Below, one piece after another: positions 9,802 to 20,887 of a stretch of 64,000 bases of DNA. Both the position numbers and the translations under genes were made by a program. Position 1 is the first letter of the stretch, and each line of letters begins with the position of its first letter. Origin of the DNA: an uncultured Conexibacteraceae bacterium (GTDB lineage: Bacteria > Actinomycetota > Thermoleophilia > Solirubrobacterales > 70-9); NCBI GenBank assembly GCA_964401995.1, contig CAYOAP010000001.1, positions 160,592 to 224,591 on the forward strand. Reading direction: 5' to 3'. The notes under the pieces were generated by a model. It did not search any database. It had not been told where the DNA came from and saw only the letters and a list, made by a program, of their open reading frames with translations.

Positions 9802-10284
9802 TCAGGCGACTTCGAGCGCGGGCAGTGGCGGCATCGCCAGGCCAGGGCCGGGTAGGGCCCGAGCATCGCGGGCCTTGAGCACGGCGCCGCAGCTTTCGCA
9901 GGTGCCCCGGTCGCTGACGGCGCCGCCGCACTGCTTGTGGACGATCAGCATCGGCGGCCCGGCGGGGCCGGTCGAGTGGCGGTCTCCCCAGCCCTGCAGG
10001 GCGATCAGCGCGGGCCAGAGGTCGAGGCCCTTCTCGGTCAGGAAATACTCGAAGCGCTCGGGGCTGCTCTGGTAGGCGCGGCGCTCGAGGATGTTCTCCT
10101 CGACCAGTCGCAGGAGGCGGGCGGAGAGGACGTTGCGGGCGACGCCGAGCCCGCGCTGCAGCTCATCGAAGCGCCGCCGTCCGTTCATCACGTCGCGGAC
10201 GATCAGCAGCGACCAGCGCTCGCCGACGACTTCCAAGGACTTGGCGATCGAGCAGATCTGGCCTGGATAGTCGTTGCGCAGCAC
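9802..10284 (-). CDS. HxlR-family winged-helix regulator with Cys-rich C-terminal tail
   Basis: CSIAKSLEVVGERWSLLIVRDVMNGRRRFDELQRGLGVARNVLSARLLRLVEENIL is a typical HxlR core. There is an extra C-terminal HKQCGGAVSDRGTCESCG. GTG start. Confidence 0.85.
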   Translation of the reverse strand: MLRNDYPGQICSIAKSLEVVGERWSLLIVRDVMNGRRRFDELQRGLGVARNVLSARLLRLVEENILERRAYQSSPERFEYFLTEKGLDLWPALIALQGWGDRHSTGPAGPPMLIVHKQCGGAVSDRGTCESCGAVLKARDARALPGPGLAMPPLPALEVA

Positions 10285-10305
10285 AACGTGATCTTGGCAC
10301 AGATG

Positions 10306-10364
10306 GTTGCATCAAGCAACTGACTGAGATAAAGTGCCGCCAGTCACGAGTTGCGTGATGCAAC
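10306..10364. promoter_or_regulatory. Two GTTGC-N5-GCAAC palindromes in the hxlR/thioesterase divergent region
   Basis: GTTGCATCAAGCAAC (10306-10320) and GTTGCGTGATGCAAC (10350-10364), 44 bp apart. TGACTG/CAGTCA (10321-10346) lies between them. Confidence 0.35.
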
Positions 10365-10394
10365 TGTGCTCACGATTCGACTGGAGGCGCTGCA

Positions 10395-10550
10395 ATGAAG
10401 CTGACTTCAAGGCATAGGCACACCCACCGGAGCAAGGCTCCGCGGATCTCGATCAGCCAGGCCGAGATCACCGCCGATCTGCTCTACCCGGCGCGGCGCC
10501 CAGCCGCCCGCCAAGCATCGGCCCCTGGCCGTCGCGGAGGCATTCGATGA
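10395..10550 (+). CDS. Possible 51-codon small ORF coupled to the thioesterase gene
   Basis: ATG 10395 is preceded by GGAGG at a 7-nt spacing. Its stop overlaps the thioesterase ATG (ATGA). GC3 is high. The product is basic and has no recognisable motif. Confidence 0.2.
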   Translation: MKLTSRHRHTHRSKAPRISISQAEITADLLYPARRPAARQASAPGRRGGIR

Positions 10551-11098
10551 GCGACGGAGGGGACACCGCCGTCACCAGCGCCGAAGCCTTCGCGGCCGAG
10601 AACCCGGAGGCGACCCGGACCCGGACCCTGGTCTGGCAGGACCCGGTGCCGACCGCCGCGGCGGGGGCGACGATGACCGGCATGGAGTACATGGAAGCGG
10701 TCTCCGAGGGCAAGGTGCCGCCGCCCCCGATCGCGGTCCTGATGAGGATGCGCCCGGCGGAGCTGTCTGAGGGCCGCTGTGTGTTCGAGGGCGAGCCCGG
10801 CGAGGAGCACTACAACCCGATCGGCGTCGTCCACGGCGGTTACGCGGCGACCCTGCTCGACTCGGCGCTCGGCTGCTCGGTCCACACGACCCTGCCCGCC
10901 GGCGTGGGCTACACCTCGCTTGGCCTCGAGGCCAAGTACGTGCGGCCGATCACCCGCGACACCGGCCGCGTCCTCTGCGAGGCCAACGTCCTCTACCGCG
11001 GCCGCAAACAGGCGACGGCGGAGGCGACCCTGACCGCGGCCGACACGGGCAAACTGCTCGCCCACGGCAGTTCGACCTGCATGATCCTCGGCGGCTGA
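10547..11098 (+). CDS. PaaI-type hotdog-fold thioesterase
   Basis: 183 aa. NPIGVVHGGYAATLLDSALGCSV is typical of the PaaI/4HBT family. GGAGG RBS 6 nt upstream. Confidence 0.8.
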   Translation: MSDGGDTAVTSAEAFAAENPEATRTRTLVWQDPVPTAAAGATMTGMEYMEAVSEGKVPPPPIAVLMRMRPAELSEGRCVFEGEPGEEHYNPIGVVHGGYAATLLDSALGCSVHTTLPAGVGYTSLGLEAKYVRPITRDTGRVLCEANVLYRGRKQATAEATLTAADTGKLLAHGSSTCMILGG

Positions 11099-11102
11099 GC
11101 GC

Positions 11103-12563
11103 TTAGGAAGACTGGGCTTCGGCGAGGGCGACGAGCAGCCTGACGCCGAAGCCGCTGGCGTCGTTGCCGGTGTACTCGCGGCCGACGTCCCAGGCGGTGC
11201 CGGCGATGTCGATGTGGGCCCAGGCGGTCTCGCCGACGAACTCCTCGAGGAAGGAGCCGGCGTAGATCGTGCCCGCCTTGCGCTTGGCCGAGGCGTTGAC
11301 GAGGTCGGCGACCGTGCCCTTTGTCAGCTCCTTGTACTCGGGGTGCAGGGGCAGGCGCCAGGTCAGCTCCCCGGTCATCTTGCCGGCCTGCTCGACTTCC
11401 GCGGCGAGCTCGTCGTCGTTGGAGATGACCGCGGCGTAGGTCGAGCCGAGCGCGATCATCACCGCGCCGGTCAGCGTCGCCAGGTCGACGATTCGTTCTG
11501 CGCCCAGCTCGACGGCGTAGGCGAGGGCGTCGGCGAGGATCAGGCGGCCCTCGGCGTCGGTGTTGTTGACCTCGACCGTCTTGCCGTTGTACTGGGTGAT
11601 GATGTCGCCGGGCTTGACCGCTGTCCCCGAGGGCATGTTCTCGGTCGAGGGCACGATCGCGAGCAGCTCGATCTCAAGCCCGAGTTCGGCGATCGCGGCG
11701 AAGGACTCGATCACCGCGGCGGCGCCCGACATGTCCATCTTCATCTCCTCCATGCCGGAGGAGGGCTTGATCGAGATGCCGCCGGTGTCAAAGGTGACGC
11801 CCTTGCCGACGAAGGCGAGCGGGCCGTCCTTGGTGCCGCCGCCGGTGTGGTTGAGGACGATCAGCTTCGGCTCCTCGGGGCCGCCCTGGCTGACCGCGAC
11901 CAGGCCGCCCATCCCCTTGGCGATCATCTCCTCGCGTCCGAGCACTTCGACGCTGACGCTGCCGTGGGCGGCGGCGATCTCCTCGGCGCGCTGGGCCAGG
12001 TAGGACGGGGTGGCGATGTTTGAAGGCAGGCTCTGCAGGTCGCGGGCCCGGTTCTGGGCCTCGGCGCAGACGCGGGCGACCTCGACCTCGGCGGCGACGC
12101 TTTCCGGCCCGATCAGGCTCAATGACTCAAGCCGGGCCGGGGGAGGGCTGTCGGGGTCGACGCTGAGGAAGCGGTCGAAGCGGTAGGCGCCGAGGATCGT
12201 GCCGGTTGCCAGCGCCGCCGCGATCGCCTCGTCATCGCCGGGCAACGCCCAGGCCAGGGAGGCGGCCTCCAGGCGGCGGGCCTCGTGAGCCGCCACGGCT
12301 GCCGCGATCCGGGCGCGCTCGGGGTCGAAGTCGCCACGCTTGCCGAGACCGACCACAAGCGCCCGGCCTGGGCTCTGCGGGTGCAGCAGGCTCAGCTTCT
12401 TGAACGCCGGCTTCGCGTCGGCGGCGCCGGCCGCGCTGGCGAGCTCCGTCGGCAGCGCCTCCTCCTCGAAGAGGCCGACTACAAGCAGGTCGGCATCGAT
12501 GCTGGAGAGCTCGCTCTGGATCACCTCGATCTTCACGCGGCGCGAGTCTATGCGCTTGCGCAC
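11103..12563 (-). CDS. pepA: Leucyl aminopeptidase (M17)
   Basis: 486 aa. VGKGVTFDTGGISIKP and NTDAEGRLILADAL signatures. Confidence 0.9.
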   Translation of the reverse strand: MRKRIDSRRVKIEVIQSELSSIDADLLVVGLFEEEALPTELASAAGAADAKPAFKKLSLLHPQSPGRALVVGLGKRGDFDPERARIAAAVAAHEARRLEAASLAWALPGDDEAIAAALATGTILGAYRFDRFLSVDPDSPPPARLESLSLIGPESVAAEVEVARVCAEAQNRARDLQSLPSNIATPSYLAQRAEEIAAAHGSVSVEVLGREEMIAKGMGGLVAVSQGGPEEPKLIVLNHTGGGTKDGPLAFVGKGVTFDTGGISIKPSSGMEEMKMDMSGAAAVIESFAAIAELGLEIELLAIVPSTENMPSGTAVKPGDIITQYNGKTVEVNNTDAEGRLILADALAYAVELGAERIVDLATLTGAVMIALGSTYAAVISNDDELAAEVEQAGKMTGELTWRLPLHPEYKELTKGTVADLVNASAKRKAGTIYAGSFLEEFVGETAWAHIDIAGTAWDVGREYTGNDASGFGVRLLVALAEAQSS

Positions 12564-12652
12564 GCAGCAAGGCAGAACCTCCCGCTATCGTCCGCTCAGA
12601 AGGTCCTAAGCCTTCGCCCAGACCCCACGACTTTGGAGAAGAAAGGCAGTCG

Positions 12653-13834
12653 ATGCCCAGCACAGTGATCCTTGGAACCGCGCGGACCCCCTTCGGCAAG
12701 ATGGGCGGGAGCCTCTCTTCCCTCGGCGCAACCGATCTCGGCGGGGCCGTGATCGAGGCCGCCCTGGAGCGCTCCGGCGTCGCCCCCGAGCAGGTCCAGC
12801 AGGTCGTCTTCGGCCAGGTCCTGCAGGCCGGCCAGGGGCAGATCCCCTCGCGCCAGGCCCAGATCAAGGGCGGCGTCCCCAAGGAGGTCCCCTCGGAGAC
12901 GATCAACAAGGTCTGCGCCTCCGGCATGCGCTCGCTCGGCATCGCCGACATGGGCATCCGCGCCGGCGACACCGAGGTCGCCGTCACCGGCGGCATGGAG
13001 TCGATGAGCCAGGCGCCCTACCTGCTGCCGGGCGCGCGCTTCGGCTTCCGCATGGGCGATGTCAGCGCGATCGACGCGATGACCCACGACGGGCTGACCA
13101 ACCCCTTTACCGAAAAGCAGATGATCAACGAGGCGAGCGAGGTCTCCAACGAGCTCGAGATCACCCGCGTCGACATGGACCGCTTTGCCGAGCGCTCGCA
13201 CCGGCTTGCCGCCGAGGCGACCGACGCCGGCCGCCTCGCCGACGAGATTGTCGGCGTCACCGTCAAGTCGCGCAAGGCCGAGACCACGGTCGAGGCCGAC
13301 GAGGCGATCCGCCCAGACACCACCCTGGAGACGCTGGCCAAGCTGCGGGCGATCGGCGGCGACGACGCCACCCACACCGCCGGCAACGCGCCGGGGGTCA
13401 ACGACGGCGCCGGCGCGATCGTCGTCGCCTCTTCGGACTGGGCTGAGAAGGAAGGCAAGACCCCGCTGGCCCGCGTCCTCTCCTACGGCACCGTCGCCGA
13501 TGATTTCCCCTACCTCGCCAGGACTCCCGCCAACGCCGCCAAGCAGGCGCTGGAGAAGATCGGCAAGAGCCCCGAGGACGTCGACCTCTGGGAGATCAAC
13601 GAGGCCTTTGCCTCGGTCGCGCTCAACTCGGTGCGGATGCTCGGCGTCGATGAGGAGAAGGTCAACGTCAACGGCGGCGCGATCGCCCTTGGCCACCCGA
13701 TCGGCGCCTCCGGCTCCCGCATCGTCGGCGCTTTGGTTCATGAGCTAGGCCGCCGCGGCGGCGGCCTCGGCGTCGCCGCGATCTGCTCCGGCGGTGGCCA
13801 GGGCGACGCGATCGTGATCGAAGTCAACGGCTAG
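12653..13834 (+). CDS. Acetyl-CoA C-acetyltransferase (thiolase)
   Basis: 393 aa. [10 protein letters not shown] (active-site Cys), [15 protein letters not shown] and CSGGGQGDA motifs. Confidence 0.9.
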   Translation: MPSTVILGTARTPFGKMGGSLSSLGATDLGGAVIEAALERSGVAPEQVQQVVFGQVLQAGQGQIPSRQAQIKGGVPKEVPSETINKVCASGMRSLGIADMGIRAGDTEVAVTGGMESMSQAPYLLPGARFGFRMGDVSAIDAMTHDGLTNPFTEKQMINEASEVSNELEITRVDMDRFAERSHRLAAEATDAGRLADEIVGVTVKSRKAETTVEADEAIRPDTTLETLAKLRAIGGDDATHTAGNAPGVNDGAGAIVVASSDWAEKEGKTPLARVLSYGTVADDFPYLARTPANAAKQALEKIGKSPEDVDLWEINEAFASVALNSVRMLGVDEEKVNVNGGAIALGHPIGASGSRIVGALVHELGRRGGGLGVAAICSGGGQGDAIVIEVNG

Positions 13835-13836
13835 CT

Positions 13837-14622
13837 GTGAGCCGCGGCGCGGCGTTCTTCGATCTCGATAAGACCCTGATGGCGGGGTCGAGCGGGATGC
13901 AGTTTGCCCGCGTCGCCACTCGGCAGGGGATCGTCAGCCGCCGCCTGCTCGCCAGCTGGGCAATCGAGCACCTGCGCTACCGCCTGCGCGGCACTACCGA
14001 CGAGCGCACGGCGGAGGTGCTGCGGGTCGCCCGCGACCTGATCTCGGGCGTGCCGGCGAAGACGATCGATCGCATGGGCCCAGAGGTGATGGCGGCGATC
14101 CTGCCCCGCGTCTACCCGCAGATGCTGGACGAGGTCCACGACCACCAGGACGCCGGCCGCGCCACCTTCATCGTCAGCGCCGCCGGCAACGGCGTCGTCG
14201 AGTCGCTGGCCCAGGTGCTGGGGATGGAGGGCGGGATCGGCACCCGCTACGAGGTCGACGCCGCCGGCAACTTCAGCGGCCGCCTCGACGGCCCCTTCGT
14301 CTACGGCCCTGGAAAGGTCGAGGCGATGGAGGCCTTCGCCGAGCTTCACGACATCGATCTCGACGCCTCCTACGCCTACTCGGACTCGGTTTCCGACCTG
14401 CCGATGCTGCGCGCCGTCGGCCACCCGGTGGTGGTCAACCCCGACCCGCCGCTGGCCGAGATCGCTAAGCAGGAGGGCTGGCAATCGATGCGCTTCGAGC
14501 GGCTCGGCCGCCGCCTCGTCGCCGTGGTCATCACCCTGCTGGCGACCGTCGCCGGCTTCGGCGCCTCGCGGGTCGCGACGCGGCGCAAGGCGCCCCAGCG
14601 TCGCTTTCCCGCGCGCCGCTAG
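13837..14622 (+). CDS. HAD-IB family hydrolase (SerB-like) with C-terminal membrane anchor
   Basis: FFDLDKTL motif I and AYSDSVSDLPML motif IV region. Hydrophobic tail LVAVVITLLATVAGFG. GTG start. Confidence 0.75.
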   Translation: MSRGAAFFDLDKTLMAGSSGMQFARVATRQGIVSRRLLASWAIEHLRYRLRGTTDERTAEVLRVARDLISGVPAKTIDRMGPEVMAAILPRVYPQMLDEVHDHQDAGRATFIVSAAGNGVVESLAQVLGMEGGIGTRYEVDAAGNFSGRLDGPFVYGPGKVEAMEAFAELHDIDLDASYAYSDSVSDLPMLRAVGHPVVVNPDPPLAEIAKQEGWQSMRFERLGRRLVAVVITLLATVAGFGASRVATRRKAPQRRFPARR

Positions 14623-14646
14623 CCGCCGCCCGCCTAAACTTCCAGC

Positions 14647-16299
<1,653 letters not shown>

Positions 16300-16322
16300 A
16301 CAGGCGCTAGGGTTCGCGCCGC

Positions 16323-16748
16323 ATGGCAACCGCTACCGCCCGCAAGATCCGCGTCGTCGTCGCCAAGCCCGGCTTGGATGGGCACGATCGCGGGGCGAAG
16401 ATCATCGCCCGCGCCCTGCGCGACGCCGGCATGGAGGTGATCTACACCGGTCTGCACCAGACGCCCGAGCAGATCGCCGAGACCGTGATCCAGGAGGACG
16501 CCGACGCGGTCGGCCTCTCGATCCTCTCCGGCGCCCACATGACCCTTGTCCCCCGCGTGGTGGCCCTGCTTGCCGAGCAGGGGGTCGACGACGTGCTGGT
16601 CACCGTCGGCGGCACGATCCCCGCCGACGACATCCCCGAGCTGAAGAAGCTCGGCGTCGCCGAAGTCTTCACCCCGGGCGCTGGCACCGACGACATCGTC
16701 GACTTCATCCGCGCCGGCGCCGCCGAGCGCCACCAGAACACCGATTAG
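16323..16748 (+). CDS. Methylmalonyl-CoA mutase family, cobalamin-binding subunit
   Basis: 141 aa. [13 protein letters not shown] (DxHxxG B12 ligand motif), then SILSGAH and TVGGTIP. Confidence 0.9.
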   Translation: MATATARKIRVVVAKPGLDGHDRGAKIIARALRDAGMEVIYTGLHQTPEQIAETVIQEDADAVGLSILSGAHMTLVPRVVALLAEQGVDDVLVTVGGTIPADDIPELKKLGVAEVFTPGAGTDDIVDFIRAGAAERHQNTD

Positions 16749-16774
16749 TGTTCTGTAGCCGGGGCCGCTTGCCC

Positions 16775-16798
16775 GATTGACTGGTCAATCAACCAGTC
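16775..16798. promoter_or_regulatory. Overlapping palindromes upstream of etfBA (candidate operator)
   Basis: Perfect GATTGAC-TG-GTCAATC (16775-16790) overlaps GACTGGT-N6-ACCAGTC (16779-16798). It lies about 95 nt upstream of etfB. Confidence 0.35.
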
Positions 16799-16891
16799 GC
16801 GCGCAACCGCTAACATCCCCGCCCGCAACGGACCCGCGCGGCGCCAGATGCCGCTCGCGAAGAGCCCAGAACCGCCTAAGGAGGCTTGAAC

Positions 16892-17683
16892 TTGAAGATC
16901 TGCGTCCTGGTCAAGGAGGTACCTGATGCCGCCGTCCAGAAGCGCATCGACCCCAACACGATGCGAATGGACAGAAGCGGCGAGAAGAACCTCAACCCGT
17001 TTGACACACATGCCATCGAGGCTGCCATGCAGATCAAAGAGGGCGGTGCAATCCCGGTCGAGGAGGTCGTCGCAGTGACGATGGGCCCCGAGACGGCGTT
17101 CCGCGCCCTGCACAAGGCGGTCGCGCTTGGCGCCGATCGCTCGGTGCACCTCAGCGACGCCGCCCTCTCCGGCTCCGACGTCTGCGCCACCGGCTATTCG
17201 CTGGCCAAAGTCCTCGAGGCCGAGAGCCCGGACCTGGTCCTGCTCGGCCAGCAGTCCGACGATGGCGAGTGCTACACGATCGGCGCCGTCGTCGCCGACC
17301 ACCTGCAGATGCCCTCGCTGACCCAGGTGATCAAGATCGACGTCACCGACGGCAAGCTGCGCTGCGAGCGCCAGGCCGAGTACGGCTACGACACCGTCGA
17401 GGTCGAGTTGCCGGCCGTGATCAGCGTCGGTGACGCGATCAACGAGCCGCGCTACCCGAGCCTGAAGGCGATCATGGGCGCGAAGAAAAAACCGCTCGAC
17501 AACAAGGCGACCGCGGACGTCGGCATCGACGCCGGCATGGTCGGCGAGAGCGGCTCCAAGACAGCGGTCCTCGCACTCAACCCGCCGCCCCCCAAGGAGG
17601 CCGGAGAGATCATCGAGGACGAGGACACCAACGAGACGGTCGAAAAGATCGTCGCCTGGCTTGACGAGAGGAAGCTGATCTAG
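16892..17683 (+). CDS. etfB: Electron transfer flavoprotein beta subunit
   Basis: KICVLVKEVPD N-terminus is typical of EtfB. The track ORF starts at TTG 16886, but AAGGAGG (16878-16884) is better spaced for TTG 16892. Confidence 0.9.
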   Translation: MKICVLVKEVPDAAVQKRIDPNTMRMDRSGEKNLNPFDTHAIEAAMQIKEGGAIPVEEVVAVTMGPETAFRALHKAVALGADRSVHLSDAALSGSDVCATGYSLAKVLEAESPDLVLLGQQSDDGECYTIGAVVADHLQMPSLTQVIKIDVTDGKLRCERQAEYGYDTVEVELPAVISVGDAINEPRYPSLKAIMGAKKKPLDNKATADVGIDAGMVGESGSKTAVLALNPPPPKEAGEIIEDEDTNETVEKIVAWLDERKLI

Positions 17684-18658
17684 ATGGCAGGCATCCTGGT
17701 TTACGCCCTGCACGACGACGAGGGCAACTTCAACAAGAACTCGCTCGGAGCAATCTCCGAGGCGGCCAAGCTGGCCGGCGAAATCGGCGGCGAGGCCGCT
17801 GCGGTCGTAGTCGGTGACATCGCCGACGACGCCTGCGCTTCGCTGGGCAACTACGGCGCCGCCAAGGTCTACCGGGCCAAGGCTGTGCCCGAGGGGCTGG
17901 CCCAGCCGATCATCGACGTGATGGCCAAGGTCATCAACGAGAACGACTTTGGCTACGCCCTGTTCGGCGGCGGCCTGCTCGGCTTCGAGATCGGCGCCGG
18001 CCTGACCGCGCGTTTGAACGCCGGTGTGACGATGGAGGTCACCAAGGTCAAAGTCGACGGCGGCAAGCTGATCGTCGAGCGGCCGATCCTGCAGGACTCC
18101 CAGATCGCCGACGTCGGCTACGTCAGCAAGCCGGGGATCATCATCGGCCGCCTCAACGCTTTTGATGTCAAGGAGAGCGGCGGCACGGCCGAGGTCGTCG
18201 ACGTCGAGGTCGAGCTGTCCGCCTGGTCCTCCAAGGCCAAGCTCGTCCAGCGCGGCGAGCAGCGTGGCGCCGACGTCAACATCGAGGACGCCGACATCCT
18301 CGTCGGCGGCGGTCGAGGCCTCGGCGCAGCCGAGGGCTTCGAGCTCTGCGAGCAGCTGGCCGAGTCGATGGGCGGGGCCGTTGCCGCGACCCGCGCCGTG
18401 GTCGATGCCGGCTGGTACCCCTACGCGGCCCAGATCGGCCAGACCGGCAAGACGGTCGCGCCGAAGCTGTATCTGGCCGCCGGCATCTCCGGGGCGATCC
18501 AGCACAAGGTCGGGATGCAGAGCTCGGAGAACATCCTCGCGATCAACAAGGATCAGAACGCGCCGATATTCGAGTTCTCAGACCTCGGCGTGGTCGGCGA
18601 TCTGCACAAGATCCTGCCCAAGCTGACCGAGGCGATCAAGGCGAAGAAGGGCGGCTGA
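17684..18658 (+). CDS. etfA: Electron transfer flavoprotein alpha subunit
   Basis: 324 aa. C-terminal FAD-binding signature PKLYLAAGISGAIQHKVGM. The ATG directly follows the etfB stop. Confidence 0.9.
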   Translation: MAGILVYALHDDEGNFNKNSLGAISEAAKLAGEIGGEAAAVVVGDIADDACASLGNYGAAKVYRAKAVPEGLAQPIIDVMAKVINENDFGYALFGGGLLGFEIGAGLTARLNAGVTMEVTKVKVDGGKLIVERPILQDSQIADVGYVSKPGIIIGRLNAFDVKESGGTAEVVDVEVELSAWSSKAKLVQRGEQRGADVNIEDADILVGGGRGLGAAEGFELCEQLAESMGGAVAATRAVVDAGWYPYAAQIGQTGKTVAPKLYLAAGISGAIQHKVGMQSSENILAINKDQNAPIFEFSDLGVVGDLHKILPKLTEAIKAKKGG

Positions 18659-18663
18659 GCAAA

Positions 18664-20361
18664 ATGCCGGCCGTTGCGCCCAGCGAGTTCCCCCCGCCGT
18701 TCGATTCCGCAGATGTGATCGGTCCCCCGACCGATGCGGTGGACGATCGGATCGAGGTTGGCGTGGCGATCGTCGGCGGTGGCCCCGCCGGCCTCGCCTG
18801 CGCCAACAAAGTCATGCAGCTGCTCGAGGACGAGCCAGAGCTGGCCGAGAAGCTGGGCGAAGTCCCGGTTGCGGTGGTGGAGAAGGGCAAAGTGGCCGGC
18901 GCTCATCTGCTTTCGGGGGCCAACATGCGGCCCTCGGCGATGGAAGAGCTGTTCCCCGACCTCGACAAGTCGGAGTGGCCGGTCTACCAGGAGGTGACCA
19001 AGGACGCGGTCTACCTGCTGACCTCGAAGGCGGCGCTGCCGCTGAAGCCGATGCCGCCGAACTTCCGCAACCACGGCAACTACGTCACCTCGGTCTCCAA
19101 ATTGGGGCGCTTCCTCGCCGACAAAGCCGAGGAAGCGGGCGTCTACATCCTGGCCGAGACCGCGGCGACCAAGCTGCTGGTCGAGGACCGGGTCGTCAAG
19201 GGCGTCCGCTCCGGCGACCGCGGCCGCGGCAAGGACGGCGAAGAGCTGGGCAACTTCGAGCCGGGCTCCGATGTCGTCGCCAAGGCGACGGTGCTGGCCG
19301 AGGGCACGGTTGGCCACCTCAGCTACGCCGCCTACGACTACTTCGACCTCCACGGCGCCGATCCGATGCGCTGGGAGCTCGGGGTCAAAGAGGTCTGGGA
19401 GGTGCCGAAGCCGCTCGACCGGGTGATCCACACGATGGGCTGGCCGCTGCGCAAGGCGGCCAAGCACAACGAGTTCGGCGGCAGCTTCATCTACCCGATG
19501 GGCGAGGACAAGCTCTGCATCGGCCTCGTCGCCGGTCTCGACTACACCGACGCCACCTTCAGCGTCCACGACGCTCTGCAGCTGCTCAAGACCCACCCCT
19601 TCATCAAGGACCTGCTCGAGGGTGGTAAGCGGGTTGCCTGGGGAGCGAAGACGATCCCCTCCGGCGGCTACTTCGCGATGCCCAAGCGCCTTGCCGTGCC
19701 CGGCATGGTGATCGCCGGCGACGCCGCCAGCATGGTCAACGTGCCGACCCTGAAGGGCGTCCACTACGCGATGCACGCCGGCATGTACGCGGCGGAAGCG
19801 ATCGTCACGGCGCTGAAGGAAGACTCGGTCAACTTCGAGGCCTACGACGAGAAAGTCCACAACTCGATGATCGAGAAGGACCTGTTCGAATCGCGCAACA
19901 TGCGCCAGCCCTTCTCCAAAGGCTTCTTCCTCGGCGGCGCCTTCGCCTCGGCGATGACCGTCACCAAAGGCAACTTCCCCGGCGGCCACTGGAAGCAGGA
20001 GCACGACTCCGAGGTCGAGATGGACCTCGGCAAGGCGGGCGACATGTACATCAAGCCCGACAACGAGCTGACCTTCAACAAGCTCGACTCGGTCTTCCTC
20101 TCCGGCAACGCCACCCGCGACGACGCTCCCAACCACGTCCGCATACAGACCCGGGTGCCGCGCGAGATCGCCCAGACCTGGGTCTCGATGTGCCCGGCCC
20201 AGGTCTACGAGATCCCCGAGGACCAGCTCGAGAACGGGGCGGCGCAGGTCGACGTCCATGTGACCGCGTCGAACTGCGTGCAGTGTGGGGCGATCACCGC
20301 CAAGGGCGGGCGCCTGACGCTGCCCGAGGGCGGCGACGGGCCGCTTTACCAGGAGACCTGA
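18664..20361 (+). CDS. Electron-transfer flavoprotein:quinone oxidoreductase (ETF-QO)
   Basis: 565 aa. FAD motif VAIVGGGPAGLACA and a C-terminal ferredoxin-like part with CPAQVYE and NCVQCGAI. Confidence 0.85.
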   Translation: MPAVAPSEFPPPFDSADVIGPPTDAVDDRIEVGVAIVGGGPAGLACANKVMQLLEDEPELAEKLGEVPVAVVEKGKVAGAHLLSGANMRPSAMEELFPDLDKSEWPVYQEVTKDAVYLLTSKAALPLKPMPPNFRNHGNYVTSVSKLGRFLADKAEEAGVYILAETAATKLLVEDRVVKGVRSGDRGRGKDGEELGNFEPGSDVVAKATVLAEGTVGHLSYAAYDYFDLHGADPMRWELGVKEVWEVPKPLDRVIHTMGWPLRKAAKHNEFGGSFIYPMGEDKLCIGLVAGLDYTDATFSVHDALQLLKTHPFIKDLLEGGKRVAWGAKTIPSGGYFAMPKRLAVPGMVIAGDAASMVNVPTLKGVHYAMHAGMYAAEAIVTALKEDSVNFEAYDEKVHNSMIEKDLFESRNMRQPFSKGFFLGGAFASAMTVTKGNFPGGHWKQEHDSEVEMDLGKAGDMYIKPDNELTFNKLDSVFLSGNATRDDAPNHVRIQTRVPREIAQTWVSMCPAQVYEIPEDQLENGAAQVDVHVTASNCVQCGAITAKGGRLTLPEGGDGPLYQET

Positions 20362-20441
20362 GCAAAAACCCCGCATGGGGCGTCACAGAATTGACACGAA
20401 CAGCGCACCACAGGTGCGTGGCCCGCTACTACGGTCGAACG

Positions 20442-20651
20442 ATGGTCGTAATCGGTTCGATCGCGGGCAGTGCCGCCACCGGGTTTGGCCTGATGGCTGC
20501 TTCGATTGCCGTCTTCGGCTTCGCTGCCCATGCCCGGCCAGCGTTGACTGGGGCCGGCGAGGAGAAGCTGAGATACGCGACTGTTGTCGGAGGCCTCGTG
20601 GGTCTCTTCGCGTCTCTTCTTGTCATCTTTTTGTCTGCAATGATCGGGTAG
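20442..20651 (+). CDS. Small two-TM membrane protein, unknown function
   Basis: 69 aa: MVVIGSIAGSAATGFGLMAASIAVFGF..VVGGLVGLFASLLVIFLSAMIG. Start chosen inside track ORF 20190-20651. Confidence 0.45.
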   Translation: MVVIGSIAGSAATGFGLMAASIAVFGFAAHARPALTGAGEEKLRYATVVGGLVGLFASLLVIFLSAMIG

Positions 20652-20661
20652 ACTGGACAGC

Positions 20662-20856
20662 ATGAGCAAAGGTCGGGCATTGACTTATCTATTTGCGGCA
20701 ACCGTGGCAGCCACCACAGCGGTTTGTGCGGCGCTCATGGTGTTGCATGTGGACGGGTTGCTGATCGCTGTTGCGATGGTCGTGGTTGGCGGCTCGGGGG
20801 CGGATGCGCTCTCGCGGGTGGTCATGCGCTACGGGCCGCCTGAGCGCCACCGCTAA
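20662..20856 (+). CDS. Small two-TM membrane protein, unknown function
   Basis: 64 aa with two hydrophobic segments (LFAATVAATTAVCAALMVL, LLIAVAMVVVGG). No recognisable motif. Confidence 0.4.
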   Translation: MSKGRALTYLFAATVAATTAVCAALMVLHVDGLLIAVAMVVVGGSGADALSRVVMRYGPPERHR

Positions 20857-20887
20857 GCAACTGGGGCGGGGCGGGTATCGTCGCGGC

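Noticed and set aside
20364-20380. AAAAACCCCGCATGGGG after the ETF-QO stop, which resembles an intrinsic terminator when read on the minus strand (hairpin followed by TTTTT).
   Set aside because: The stem is only 4 bp. The T-run is on the wrong strand for the plus-strand genes on both sides, and no credible minus-strand gene ends there.
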